Of a stretch of 64,000 bases of DNA, positions 26,895 through 35,223 are shown piece after piece. The DNA comes from Patescibacteria group bacterium. Its GTDB lineage: Bacteria; Patescibacteriota; CPR2; UBA1875. How positions within the stretch are numbered: position 1 is the first letter of the stretch; each line of letters starts with the position of its first letter. The notes beneath the pieces are model-generated. The model saw only the letters and a program-made list of their open reading frames with translations, had not been told where the DNA came from and did no database searches. The stretch lies in the NCBI GenBank assembly GCA_041737595.1, contig JBGSRK010000009.1, positions 1 through 64,000 of the forward strand, given 5' to 3'. The position numbers and the translations under genes were made by a program.

Positions 26895-29408
26895 TTATGG
26901 AGCAACTTCCCCACCACTACCACCGGTAGGTGGGCTAACAATGATCCCACTTGATGGACAAGTAGTAGTTTTTTTAGGGCTTGAATTATCGTTTAAATTA
27001 ATTGTATAGCTTGTAGATGAATTTGATTCATATGTATGCCAAGCAGGTGCATTATAGGTTGGGGCTACAACATAACTAGAAGATGTTCCATCCCCCCAAT
27101 TAAATATAAATGGTGAAACAAATTGGGTAGAAGTATTTGTTATCCACACATGAACTATTAATGGTTCTGGACCACTAGTAGGAGCTGCTTCACACTCTAA
27201 TGCAACCGGAGGGGGGACAACTGTTACTGTAACACTATCTGTACAAGAAACTCCAGCAGAATTTCTGCCTGATATAGTATAAGTTGTGTTTATAGCAGGT
27301 GATACAGCTAAACCTGGCCCTGAATCTGGTAATCTAATAATTGGGGTAGTTAGTAAATTAGTTGTGTTATAACCAGGTATATTAATAACAGCAGTATAGA
27401 TAGAAACATTTTCGTTCTCCCAACCTATCAAAGTAGAATCTCCTATTTCAATTGAAGTGTCAACAACAGAAAGATCTATTACACATTTTGGTGTTTCTGT
27501 AATTGGAGGAGCTGGAGTAAAAATATACACCGCTTCACCTTTCCAAGTATGTACCATATTAAATTTTAAATAATTTATATTACCAGAAACAGCACCTCCA
27601 TAACTAGTAGGAGAAGTAGACCCATCCATATAAGCATTCCAGTGATCAAGTTTATATGTACCAGAAGTATTTGTTATTTTATATGTAGCGTTTAATTGTT
27701 GAGTACTATTATCACTAAAAGATTGCGAACAATCAGTACCACAATTAATCCCTGTACCTGTAATTACCGCACCGGCCGTTTTTGCACTAACTGCTGTTGA
27801 AGGTTCTGTTTTAAATGCGGCTGTAAGTGTTGTCGCTGGATCAACTTTCCAATAGCCTCTAAGATAGATTGTTTTACCATTAACAATAGTAAAATCTAAC
27901 CCATCACCAGTTGGATCACTATATTGTTCTCCATAACCAGCAGCATATTCACCTGAATATGGTCCACTCCAAGCTGAACCGGTAGAAATACCATAATATC
28001 TTACATAAAAATGTCCTCTAGGTTCTGGGTTTGCTCTGCCTAATTTCCATTTATGAGGGTTATGATTACCCGAACAACAAAGATTTACAGTAGATGAATA
28101 TACGCTCGAAAATTTATACATGCATCCTGTGCTTACCGATGCTTCACTTCTAGAATAACCAGTATAATTACCAACCGTGTAACCTCCTAGTAAAGGGCAT
28201 CCTGTATATGCATAAGCCCCAGGCCCTAACTTCGCATAAGAATAACTACCAGCTATAGGTAAGTTTGCCCCTGCGGCTGTAAATATTCTTATTTCAGAAA
28301 TTAAATCTCCTGGGTGAGAAGTTCCTTCATTATATCTCCCAGATGTGCAAGCTGTTTGGTTCCAAGCATAGGCAACATTGTTTGATTTGGGTGTTGATTC
28401 ATAACCAGAAAGAAAACTTCGAACACCTTTAATCATTTTTTGTGTATTTGTCCAACTTCTAAAACTCGTAGAATCACCTTCTTTTTCTTCGTCAACTACT
28501 AATATTGTCCACAAAGAATCTTTAAAATCTACTTTCCCATTATTCCAATCACCATAATCAAGTTTTCTTACAAATGGTTTTTGGATTACACCTTTTTTTG
28601 CTACCGAAAGAATATCTTTAAAATCTGGCCTTTCTAAAAGATTTTCATCTTCAGGAGAGTTTAGTGTATCAAACTCTACATATGGTACATCAAGCGTAAA
28701 ATCTGAATCTTTATAATCAAGAACTTTATCATTAATTACCTTTTCTTTTGCTTGGTCAAAAGTCATTGTGCCATCTGTTAGACCTTTATAAATTTCATCT
28801 TTTATTTTGTCTGCATATTCTCTATCAAATTTTATATCTGCTTCTTGTGTGGCTGTTTTTACGGCTTTTTGTTCAGCTGTTAGTGAATCAGCAACAACAA
28901 AGTGTTTGTCAAATCTGATTTCAATATATCTACCTTTTTTCCAGGAAACAACTTTATCTGATACTTTTTGCTTTAAAAGATTTGCTTTTTGTTGTTTAAA
29001 TGCATAGCTTTTTTGTTCTTCAGTGATAATATTCCAATTTGTTACTTCTTTTTCAGCTAAAGAAGTAACTTCTTCGTCTGTTACAGAAATATTATTTTCC
29101 TCAGCATATTGTCGAACTAACGATTCTTCAACTAAATTATCTAAAAAATAATTCCTTTGTTCTTCATCTATCTTAAGTTTTTCTGCAAGTTGGGTATCAT
29201 TAATGTCACCATCTAAACTAATGCCATAATATTTTTCATTTAAATCAGTTTTTGTAATTTTTTCTGAACCAACTTTTAAAACAAGGTCCTTATTTTGCCA
29301 TTTATCAAAATATAAATAACCAACAAAGGCCAGAACCGAGATAAAAACTAACGCTAGAACAGCCCAAAAAACTAGTAGCTGCGGATGCTTCTTAAATAAA
29401 TTTTTCAT
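26895..29408 (-). CDS. SurA/PrsA N-terminal-like foldase domain fused to a Cys/Gly/Tyr-rich surface protein (B-repeat/PKD-like)
   Basis: TM, VLKVGSEKITKTDL, LDNLVEESLVRQYAEENNISVTDEEV; C-half has GINCGTDC, TTYTI, FNWGDG. Confidence 0.65.
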   Translation of the reverse strand: MKNLFKKHPQLLVFWAVLALVFISVLAFVGYLYFDKWQNKDLVLKVGSEKITKTDLNEKYYGISLDGDINDTQLAEKLKIDEEQRNYFLDNLVEESLVRQYAEENNISVTDEEVTSLAEKEVTNWNIITEEQKSYAFKQQKANLLKQKVSDKVVSWKKGRYIEIRFDKHFVVADSLTAEQKAVKTATQEADIKFDREYADKIKDEIYKGLTDGTMTFDQAKEKVINDKVLDYKDSDFTLDVPYVEFDTLNSPEDENLLERPDFKDILSVAKKGVIQKPFVRKLDYGDWNNGKVDFKDSLWTILVVDEEKEGDSTSFRSWTNTQKMIKGVRSFLSGYESTPKSNNVAYAWNQTACTSGRYNEGTSHPGDLISEIRIFTAAGANLPIAGSYSYAKLGPGAYAYTGCPLLGGYTVGNYTGYSRSEASVSTGCMYKFSSVYSSTVNLCCSGNHNPHKWKLGRANPEPRGHFYVRYYGISTGSAWSGPYSGEYAAGYGEQYSDPTGDGLDFTIVNGKTIYLRGYWKVDPATTLTAAFKTEPSTAVSAKTAGAVITGTGINCGTDCSQSFSDNSTQQLNATYKITNTSGTYKLDHWNAYMDGSTSPTSYGGAVSGNINYLKFNMVHTWKGEAVYIFTPAPPITETPKCVIDLSVVDTSIEIGDSTLIGWENENVSIYTAVINIPGYNTTNLLTTPIIRLPDSGPGLAVSPAINTTYTISGRNSAGVSCTDSVTVTVVPPPVALECEAAPTSGPEPLIVHVWITNTSTQFVSPFIFNWGDGTSSSYVVAPTYNAPAWHTYESNSSTSYTINLNDNSSPKKTTTCPSSGIIVSPPTGGSGGEVAP

Positions 29409-29501
29409 ATTCCCTCCATGAGAATTATTAACTTATATATAAATATTAGCATCTGTACTTTTTATGTCAATACAACAAAATATGATAAAATGTCTAACGT
29501 T

Positions 29502-29600
29502 ATGGGATTATCAATCGGCATTGTAGGTCTTCCAAATGTAGGGACCCACCTTCACAAAAGTTACGGATGGGTAAAAAAGTATACAGAAAGTGAGATTTAA
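29502..29600 (+). other. Short leader ORF beginning with a diverged copy of the ychF 5' end
   Basis: MGLSIGIVGLPNVG-THLHKSYGWVKKYTESEI*; stop lies 1 nt before the ychF ATG. Confidence 0.75.
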
Positions 29601-29601
29601 A

Positions 29602-30702
29602 ATGAGTTTATCAATTGGGATAATCGGGTTACCAAACGTCGGGAAATCGACTTTATTTAACGCTTTAACAAAAAATAAGGCGGAAGCTTCGAATTATCCA
29701 TTTTGTACAATTGACCCAAATGTAGGAATTGTCGCTGTCCCTGATGAACGACTTAGAAAATTAGCTAAAGTAGTTAAAACCGAAAAAATCGTTCCTGCAG
29801 TTGTTGAATTCGTGGATATCGCAGGGATTGTTGCTGGGGCGTCAAAAGGTGAAGGGCTTGGGAATAAATTTCTTTCGCATATTCGTGAATGTGATGCAAT
29901 TGCTGAGGTGGTTCGTGATTTTTCCGATTCAAATGTTATACATGTCGCGGGCGATTTTAACTCGGAGAGCGATAAGGAAACTATAAAAACAGAACTTATT
30001 CTGGCCGATATAGAAACAATGCAAAGAAAAGTTTCTTCACTTGAAAAAGAATCAAGGATAGATAGTAAAAGACAACCAGAACATATTTTTGCAAAGGAAG
30101 TTTTTTCTTTAATAGAAAAGGGAATTTCTGCCAGTGAAGTAAATATTGATTCTGATAATAAAAAAATTTGGCTAAAATCTTTCCAACTGATTTCGGCAAA
30201 ACCCCACATTTATATTTTAAATACCGATGAAGAAGCTTTAACTCGTCATTCTCGCGAAAGCGGGAATCTAGATTCTCGGGTCAAGCCCGAGAATGACAAT
30301 GTAGATACGGTGGTAATTTGCGCTAAAATTGAAGCCGAACTAGCTGAAATGCTTGATACAGAAAAATTAGAATATCTTAAAGAAATTGGGGCAAAGGAAC
30401 CTGGGTTGAATACTTTAATAAAAAAGGCATATGATCTCTTGGGATTACAATCATATTTTACGGCTGGTGAAATTGAGGCAAGAGCTTGGACTATTAAAAA
30501 GGGGGATACAGCACCACAAGCTGCAGGTGTGATTCATACTGACTTTGAAAAAGGCTTTATAAAAGCTGATGTCGTAAATTGGAAAGATCTAGTTGAAACA
30601 GGTGGTTGGACAGAAGCAAGAACAGCAGGAAAAGTCCGTCTTGAAGGCAAAGATTATATAATGCAAGAAGGCGATACGGTTATATTTAAGTTTAATAATT
30701 AG
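29602..30702 (+). CDS. ychF: Redox-regulated ribosome-binding ATPase YchF
   Basis: GLPNVGKSTLFN, NYPFCTIDPN, DIAG, GEGLGNKFL, TGS domain; start ATG 29602. Confidence 0.96.
   Translation: MSLSIGIIGLPNVGKSTLFNALTKNKAEASNYPFCTIDPNVGIVAVPDERLRKLAKVVKTEKIVPAVVEFVDIAGIVAGASKGEGLGNKFLSHIRECDAIAEVVRDFSDSNVIHVAGDFNSESDKETIKTELILADIETMQRKVSSLEKESRIDSKRQPEHIFAKEVFSLIEKGISASEVNIDSDNKKIWLKSFQLISAKPHIYILNTDEEALTRHSRESGNLDSRVKPENDNVDTVVICAKIEAELAEMLDTEKLEYLKEIGAKEPGLNTLIKKAYDLLGLQSYFTAGEIEARAWTIKKGDTAPQAAGVIHTDFEKGFIKADVVNWKDLVETGGWTEARTAGKVRLEGKDYIMQEGDTVIFKFNN
30245..30297. repeat. GTCAT...ATGAC palindromic element inserted in frame in ychF
   Basis: gtcattctcgcgaaagcgggaatct-agattctcgggtcaagcccgagaatgac; encodes RHSRESGNLDSRVKPEND. 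Confidence 0.88.
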
Positions 30703-30707
30703 TTTTT

Positions 30708-30885
30708 GTCATTGCGAGCGTTAGCGCGGCAATCTAAATAAGATTACTTCGTCGTTACACTCCTCGCAATGACGAGATGTTTGTCTTTGCGAGCGTTAGC
30801 GCGGCAATCTAGATAAGATTACTTCGTCGTTACACTCCTCGCAATGACGAGATGTTTGTCATTGCGAGCGTTAGCGCGGCAATCT
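30708..30885. repeat. Tandem palindromic repeat array (A-B-A-B-A, 75-bp period)
   Basis: A=gtcattgcgagcgttagcgcggcaatct at 30708, 30783, 30858; B=agattacttcgtcgttacactcctcgcaatgac at 30741, 30816. Confidence 0.95.
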
Positions 30886-31171
30886 AGATAATCTCCAAAT
30901 ATAAATCATCCCAATTTGGATTTAAATTTTTAATTAGATCAACTTTCTTTTTTCTTGATCCAGCTTTCAATTGTTTTTCTCTTTTAATAGCGTTAACTGG
31001 GTCTGCATAAACCTCATAATAAACTAATTTATTTACATTATACTTTTTCGTAAAACCTTCGATTACTTTATTTTTATGCTCGTAGATTCTTTTTATTAAA
31101 TTTGATGTGACTCCAACATATAAAACGTTATTATTATTACTTGATAGGATATAAACATAAAAACTTTCCAT
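30884..31171 (-). CDS. Standalone small GIY-YIG nuclease
   Basis: FYVYILSS...VLYVGVTSNLIKRIYEH, FTKKYNV.KLVYYE, AIKREKQLK, NPNWDDL. Confidence 0.93.
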   Translation of the reverse strand: MESFYVYILSSNNNNVLYVGVTSNLIKRIYEHKNKVIEGFTKKYNVNKLVYYEVYADPVNAIKREKQLKAGSRKKKVDLIKNLNPNWDDLYLEII

Positions 31172-31190
31172 AAAATAATTATATCAAAAA

Positions 31191-31286
31191 AGATTGCTTC
31201 GTCACTATGTTCCTCGCAATGACGAGATGTTTGTCTTTGCGAGCGTAGCGCGGCAATCTAAATAATCTCCACTGCATCGCAATGAC
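31191..31286. repeat. Continuation of the palindromic array (B-A-degenerate B)
   Basis: agattgcttcgtcactatgttcctcgcaatgac 31191-31223; A-like 31233-31259; ends ...tcgcaatgac at 31286. Confidence 0.9.
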
Positions 31287-31289
31287 TAT

Positions 31290-32003
31290 TTATACAAGAT
31301 AAATCAAAAATTCTACATTCCCCTTAGCGCCTGTTATTGGAGATTCTACCACCCCTACTATTTTATAACCTAGTGTCTCAGAAAAATTAGAAATATCAGA
31401 AACCACATCATGTCTTATTTTATCATCGCGAATTACGCCCTTTGTTTTATCAGCAATGGATTTTCCGACTTCAAATTGAGGTTTTATCAATGCCACAACA
31501 GGAGAAAGCTCAGCTATTTTTTTACATTGCGGTAAAACTTTTTTTAAGGAAATAAAGGACACATCAATTACAAATATATCTATTTTCTCTGGAAGAAAAT
31601 TAATATCTCGAATATTTGTTCTTTCCATATTCACAACTCGATCATCATTTCTAAGCTTTGTATCTAATTGGCCATAACCCGAATCAATTGCATAAACTTT
31701 TTTTGCTCCATTTTTCAAAACATAATCTGTAAACCCACCTGTTGAAGCACCAATATCACAAACTATTTTATCTTTTACATTTATTTTAAATTCATTTATA
31801 GCTTTTTCTATTTTTAATGCGCCACGAGATACATAGGGAAATTTATCTTTTACAATTATTTCTATTTCTTCGGGGAATTCGTGACCTGATTTTGTTACTA
31901 ATTTATCATTAATAGAAATTTCACCTGCCATAATCATTGCTTGAGATTTAGCGCGTGTTATTTCAAGTTTTTCGGCCAGAAGTATATCAATTCTTTTTTT
32001 CAT
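31290..32003 (-). CDS. tlyA: TlyA family rRNA 2'-O-methyltransferase
   Basis: S4 domain, YVSRGALK, DIGASTGGFTD, DVSFISL, LIKPQFE, SPITGAKGNVEF. Confidence 0.95.
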   Translation of the reverse strand: MKKRIDILLAEKLEITRAKSQAMIMAGEISINDKLVTKSGHEFPEEIEIIVKDKFPYVSRGALKIEKAINEFKINVKDKIVCDIGASTGGFTDYVLKNGAKKVYAIDSGYGQLDTKLRNDDRVVNMERTNIRDINFLPEKIDIFVIDVSFISLKKVLPQCKKIAELSPVVALIKPQFEVGKSIADKTKGVIRDDKIRHDVVSDISNFSETLGYKIVGVVESPITGAKGNVEFLIYLV

Positions 32004-32052
32004 TCTTCAATAAATATAGACCGAAAGATATAAATATGCAAAAATAATCATA

Positions 32053-32613
32053 ATGATTGAACTTATTTTAAAAGCTATATATTTCTTTTTGCCCGCATTT
32101 ATTGCAAATAGTGTCCCGGTTTATGCCCACCACTTCAACTGGTTGCCAAACTTTGCAAAACCTATCGATTTCGGTAAAAAAATAAATAAAAAAAGAATAC
32201 TGGGAGATAATAAAACCTTCAGAGGATTTATAATTGGAATTATTTCGTCTTTCTTAGTCGGTATATTGCAATTCACACTTTTTAATAATTTTCAGTTTAT
32301 AAAAGATATTTCTTTAACAAATAATTATCAATATTTATTTTTTTCAATATCACTTGCGGTTTTTCAGGGTTTTGGAGCATTGGTCGGAGATTCTATAAAA
32401 AGTTTTATAAAAAGGCAATTTGATATCGCACCAGGTAAACCGTGGATTGGGCCAGATCAAATTGATTATATAATTGGAGGAATTATATTTAGTCTTCCTT
32501 TTGTATTAATAAATTACGATATTATGTTAACTCTGTTAATTGTTGGGACTATATTACATTTTTTATCAAATGTGACATTAAAAATAATTGGAGTAAGAGA
32601 TAAATGGCTTTAA
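32053..32613 (+). CDS. CDP-archaeol synthase-like (CarS/DUF46) cytidylyltransferase
   Basis: PAFIANSVP, PIDFG, ILGDNKTFRGF, GALVGDSIKSFIKRQ, PDQID. Confidence 0.85.
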   Translation: MIELILKAIYFFLPAFIANSVPVYAHHFNWLPNFAKPIDFGKKINKKRILGDNKTFRGFIIGIISSFLVGILQFTLFNNFQFIKDISLTNNYQYLFFSISLAVFQGFGALVGDSIKSFIKRQFDIAPGKPWIGPDQIDYIIGGIIFSLPFVLINYDIMLTLLIVGTILHFLSNVTLKIIGVRDKWL

Positions 32614-33167
32614 AAGATTTTACATTAAGAAATGTTCACTTAAAAAAAGATACATTTTTAAATAAAATAGGATTTAATTATTTATTCGATTTTTTAAATA
32701 AACTAAAAGTAAAACCCACCCATTTAACTCTATTGGGCGGGATATTTTCATTAATTGCAGTATATTTTGTAGTAATTGATTTAAAATATTATATTGTATT
32801 TGTTCTTTTGCATATTTTTCTTGATACATTAGATGGAAGCTATGCAAGATACATAAAATTTGAAAATGAAATAGGTGAAAAAGTTGATCATATTATCGAT
32901 GCAATTTTTGAGATTTTACTTGAACTACGTGTTGCTTTTTATATAAATCAACCCTGGATGTATTTTGTGCCGCTATTATTTATCGGCGATCTAATTTTGA
33001 TTAATCTTTCAAAACAAAAAAAAGAACGTTATCCCGCAAGGTATGGAATGTTCTTCTTTATGTTTGGTTTATATATAGAAGGGATGATTATCCAAATAAT
33101 AATGCCACTTATTACTATCCCTTTGAAGTTTTTTGTTGATCTAACAAAAAAGAAAACTAAAATTTAA
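32604..33167 (+). CDS. CDP-alcohol phosphatidyltransferase family protein
   Basis: PTHLT, DTLDGSYAR...GEKVDHIID signature. Confidence 0.85.
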   Translation: MALKDFTLRNVHLKKDTFLNKIGFNYLFDFLNKLKVKPTHLTLLGGIFSLIAVYFVVIDLKYYIVFVLLHIFLDTLDGSYARYIKFENEIGEKVDHIIDAIFEILLELRVAFYINQPWMYFVPLLFIGDLILINLSKQKKERYPARYGMFFFMFGLYIEGMIIQIIMPLITIPLKFFVDLTKKKTKI

Positions 33168-33179
33168 GTATGAATTATT

Positions 33180-33740
33180 TTATTTAGCTCTTTCTACGTA
33201 GCTACCATCTCTTGTGTCGACAATAACTCTGTCACCTTTTTTAATAAACATTGGGCCATTTATTATAAGGCCAGTTTCTAATGTTATTGGTTTTGTTGCC
33301 GCTGTAGCTGAGTTTCCTTTGTCGGCTTCCATTGCCTCTGTTACAAGCAAAGGGACCTTAATCGGGACATTAATAGAAATTGGTTTTCCTTTATAGTATT
33401 GGATATCAATTGAATCACCTTCTTTAACATATTTTATTGAATCTCCGGCTATTTCTTCTGAAAAATTAAATTGTTCATAATTTGCTTCATCCATAAAAAC
33501 ATATCCCGTACCGTCATTATAAAGATACTGTGCTTTTTTTCTTTCAAGTTCAACAGGTTGTAATTTATCAGAGCCTTGATATGTTTTTTGTAAATTGGCA
33601 CCCGTAATAAGATTCTTCAATTTTGTTTTAAGAACCGCTCCTCCGCGTCCCATTTTCGAATGATGATATTCTAAAACTACCCACGGTTGACCACCGTCTT
33701 CAAAAACAGTCCCAGTTTTTAAATCATTTATTCCGTACAT
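33180..33740 (-). CDS. efp: Elongation factor P
   Basis: KMGRGGA loop, QYLYND, KPITLETG, VDTRDGSYVERA. Confidence 0.96.
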   Translation of the reverse strand: MYGINDLKTGTVFEDGGQPWVVLEYHHSKMGRGGAVLKTKLKNLITGANLQKTYQGSDKLQPVELERKKAQYLYNDGTGYVFMDEANYEQFNFSEEIAGDSIKYVKEGDSIDIQYYKGKPISINVPIKVPLLVTEAMEADKGNSATAATKPITLETGLIINGPMFIKKGDRVIVDTRDGSYVERAK

Positions 33741-33744
33741 AATT

Positions 33745-33969
33745 TTATTTATTAACGAATGGTAAAAGTGCCATCATTCTTGAACGTTTTATTGCAACTG
33801 CTAATTTTCTTTGGTGTTTAGCACAAAGACCGCTTCTTTTTCTAGCGTCAATTTTACCGTATGAATTTACATATTTTTGAAGTGTTTTGACATCTTTGTA
33901 ATCAATTTCGTTTACATTATCGACACAAAAACGACATACTTTCTTCGGGATATTAATCATTTCTTTCAT
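33745..33969 (-). CDS. rpsR: 30S ribosomal protein S18
   Basis: [29 protein letters not shown]. Confidence 0.96.
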   Translation of the reverse strand: MKEMINIPKKVCRFCVDNVNEIDYKDVKTLQKYVNSYGKIDARKRSGLCAKHQRKLAVAIKRSRMMALLPFVNK

Positions 33970-34003
33970 ATTATTACTACTCCTGGTTTATATTTATTAC
34001 TTT

Positions 34004-34486
34004 TTAAAAGGGTATGTCTTCGATATTTACTTCTTCTTCGACATCATCTTTCTTTTTCACATCTGATTTAGTTTCACTTTTAGAAGATTTTTTATCTTCT
34101 GGTGATTCCTGAGAATAATCATCATTTGGTTCTTTATCGAATCCTCCAGAAGATGGAGCCTTATCGAGAAATGTTACATCTGTGGCGATAACTTCTGTTT
34201 TGAATTTTTTAGAACCATCTTGTGCTTCCCAGTTTCTTGTCTGGAGCCTACCAATTACATGAACTTTACTACCTTTTTTAAGATAGTTTGCGACGTTTTC
34301 GGCCATCTTTGCCCAAACCACTACATCAGTAAATTCAGCTTGATCTTTATATTCTCCTTGGTCATCCTTCCATCTTCTATTTGTAGCTATTGTTATTTGG
34401 GTAACCGCTTGCCCATTTGGTGTATATCTTAGTTCTGGGTCTTTAGTGATATTCCCCAGTAAAAAAACCATATTTAGATCTTTCAT
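34004..34486 (-). CDS. ssb: Single-stranded DNA-binding protein
   Basis: GNITKDPELRYTPNG, GRLQTRNW, C-terminal DIPF. Confidence 0.97.
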   Translation of the reverse strand: MKDLNMVFLLGNITKDPELRYTPNGQAVTQITIATNRRWKDDQGEYKDQAEFTDVVVWAKMAENVANYLKKGSKVHVIGRLQTRNWEAQDGSKKFKTEVIATDVTFLDKAPSSGGFDKEPNDDYSQESPEDKKSSKSETKSDVKKKDDVEEEVNIEDIPF

Positions 34487-34555
34487 ATTTACTCCTTCGC
34501 CATTCTTTTGGCTTATTAAACATTAACTTAAGTGTTTTAATTATAACACTATAAA

Positions 34556-35056
34556 TTATTTTTTACTCTCTTCTCCTATTATAGCACCAAGTTTTTCGTC
34601 TAACTGTTTCATTCTTTCTTCTTCAGATTCTTCTGGTTCTTTTTTAACTTTTTCTTTTTTTGGAGCAGCGGCAGATTTAACTTCTTTTTTAGGTTTTTCA
34701 GGAACAACTTCTTCTTTTTGCTCATCAGATTTTTTAACTTCTTTTTTAGGTTTTTCTACTTTAACTTTAACCTTATCTGGAGCTGAAAGAAGCATAAATC
34801 TAATAATTTCTTCAGTTTGACGGATATCTCTTTCTATCTTAATCAAAGATGATTTAGGTGCTTCAAAATACCAAAGAACATAAATACCAACATCTGACTT
34901 TTTAATTTCATAAGCCAGTTTTCTTTTACCCCAATTTTCTTCATAAGTAATCTTGCCATCTCGTGATTCAATGGACTTCTTAATTCGATCGGTTATTTTA
35001 TCGATCGAAGCTTCTAGGTCTGGATGTACTATATATAGTAATTCGTATTTTCCCAT
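34556..35056 (-). CDS. rpsF: 30S ribosomal protein S6 with charged C-terminal extension
   Basis: YELLYIVHPDL, WGKRKLAYEIKK; rpsF-ssb-rpsR order. Confidence 0.95.
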   Translation of the reverse strand: MGKYELLYIVHPDLEASIDKITDRIKKSIESRDGKITYEENWGKRKLAYEIKKSDVGIYVLWYFEAPKSSLIKIERDIRQTEEIIRFMLLSAPDKVKVKVEKPKKEVKKSDEQKEEVVPEKPKKEVKSAAAPKKEKVKKEPEESEEERMKQLDEKLGAIIGEESKK

Positions 35057-35165
35057 ATAAAAAAATCCTTTCTTTGACCGTTAGTTTATACTTCGGTGAT
35101 CGGACCACAAGTCTCCTTGTAGGGCCTGCACATTCCATATATCGATGGACCGCAAGCTAAAAGAT
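35057..35165 (-). promoter_or_regulatory. Structured rpsF leader (candidate S6:S18 autoregulatory element)
   Basis: Hairpins tccat-cgatat-atgga and acaag-GAGA-cttgt with nearby CCC/CCG, upstream of the AAAGGA RBS. Confidence 0.4.
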
Positions 35166-35223
35166 CTTCTTCATTTTAGCTTAAAAATTAGAATTCGTCA
35201 ATAAAAGCTTATATAATGAAATT

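Noticed and set aside
15154-29408. Diversity-generating retroelement or shufflon acting on the pilins/adhesins
   Set aside because: No reverse transcriptase, template/variable repeat pair or repeated inversion sites were noticed in the window.
30708-31286. CRISPR array interpretation of the 75-bp periodic repeats
   Set aside because: The intervening sequences are themselves repeated rather than unique spacers, A and B are mutually inverted, and no cas genes are present.
34675-34760. Direct repeat (EKPKKEVK twice) in the S6 tail
   Set aside because: A low-complexity charged extension with no sign of a separate element.
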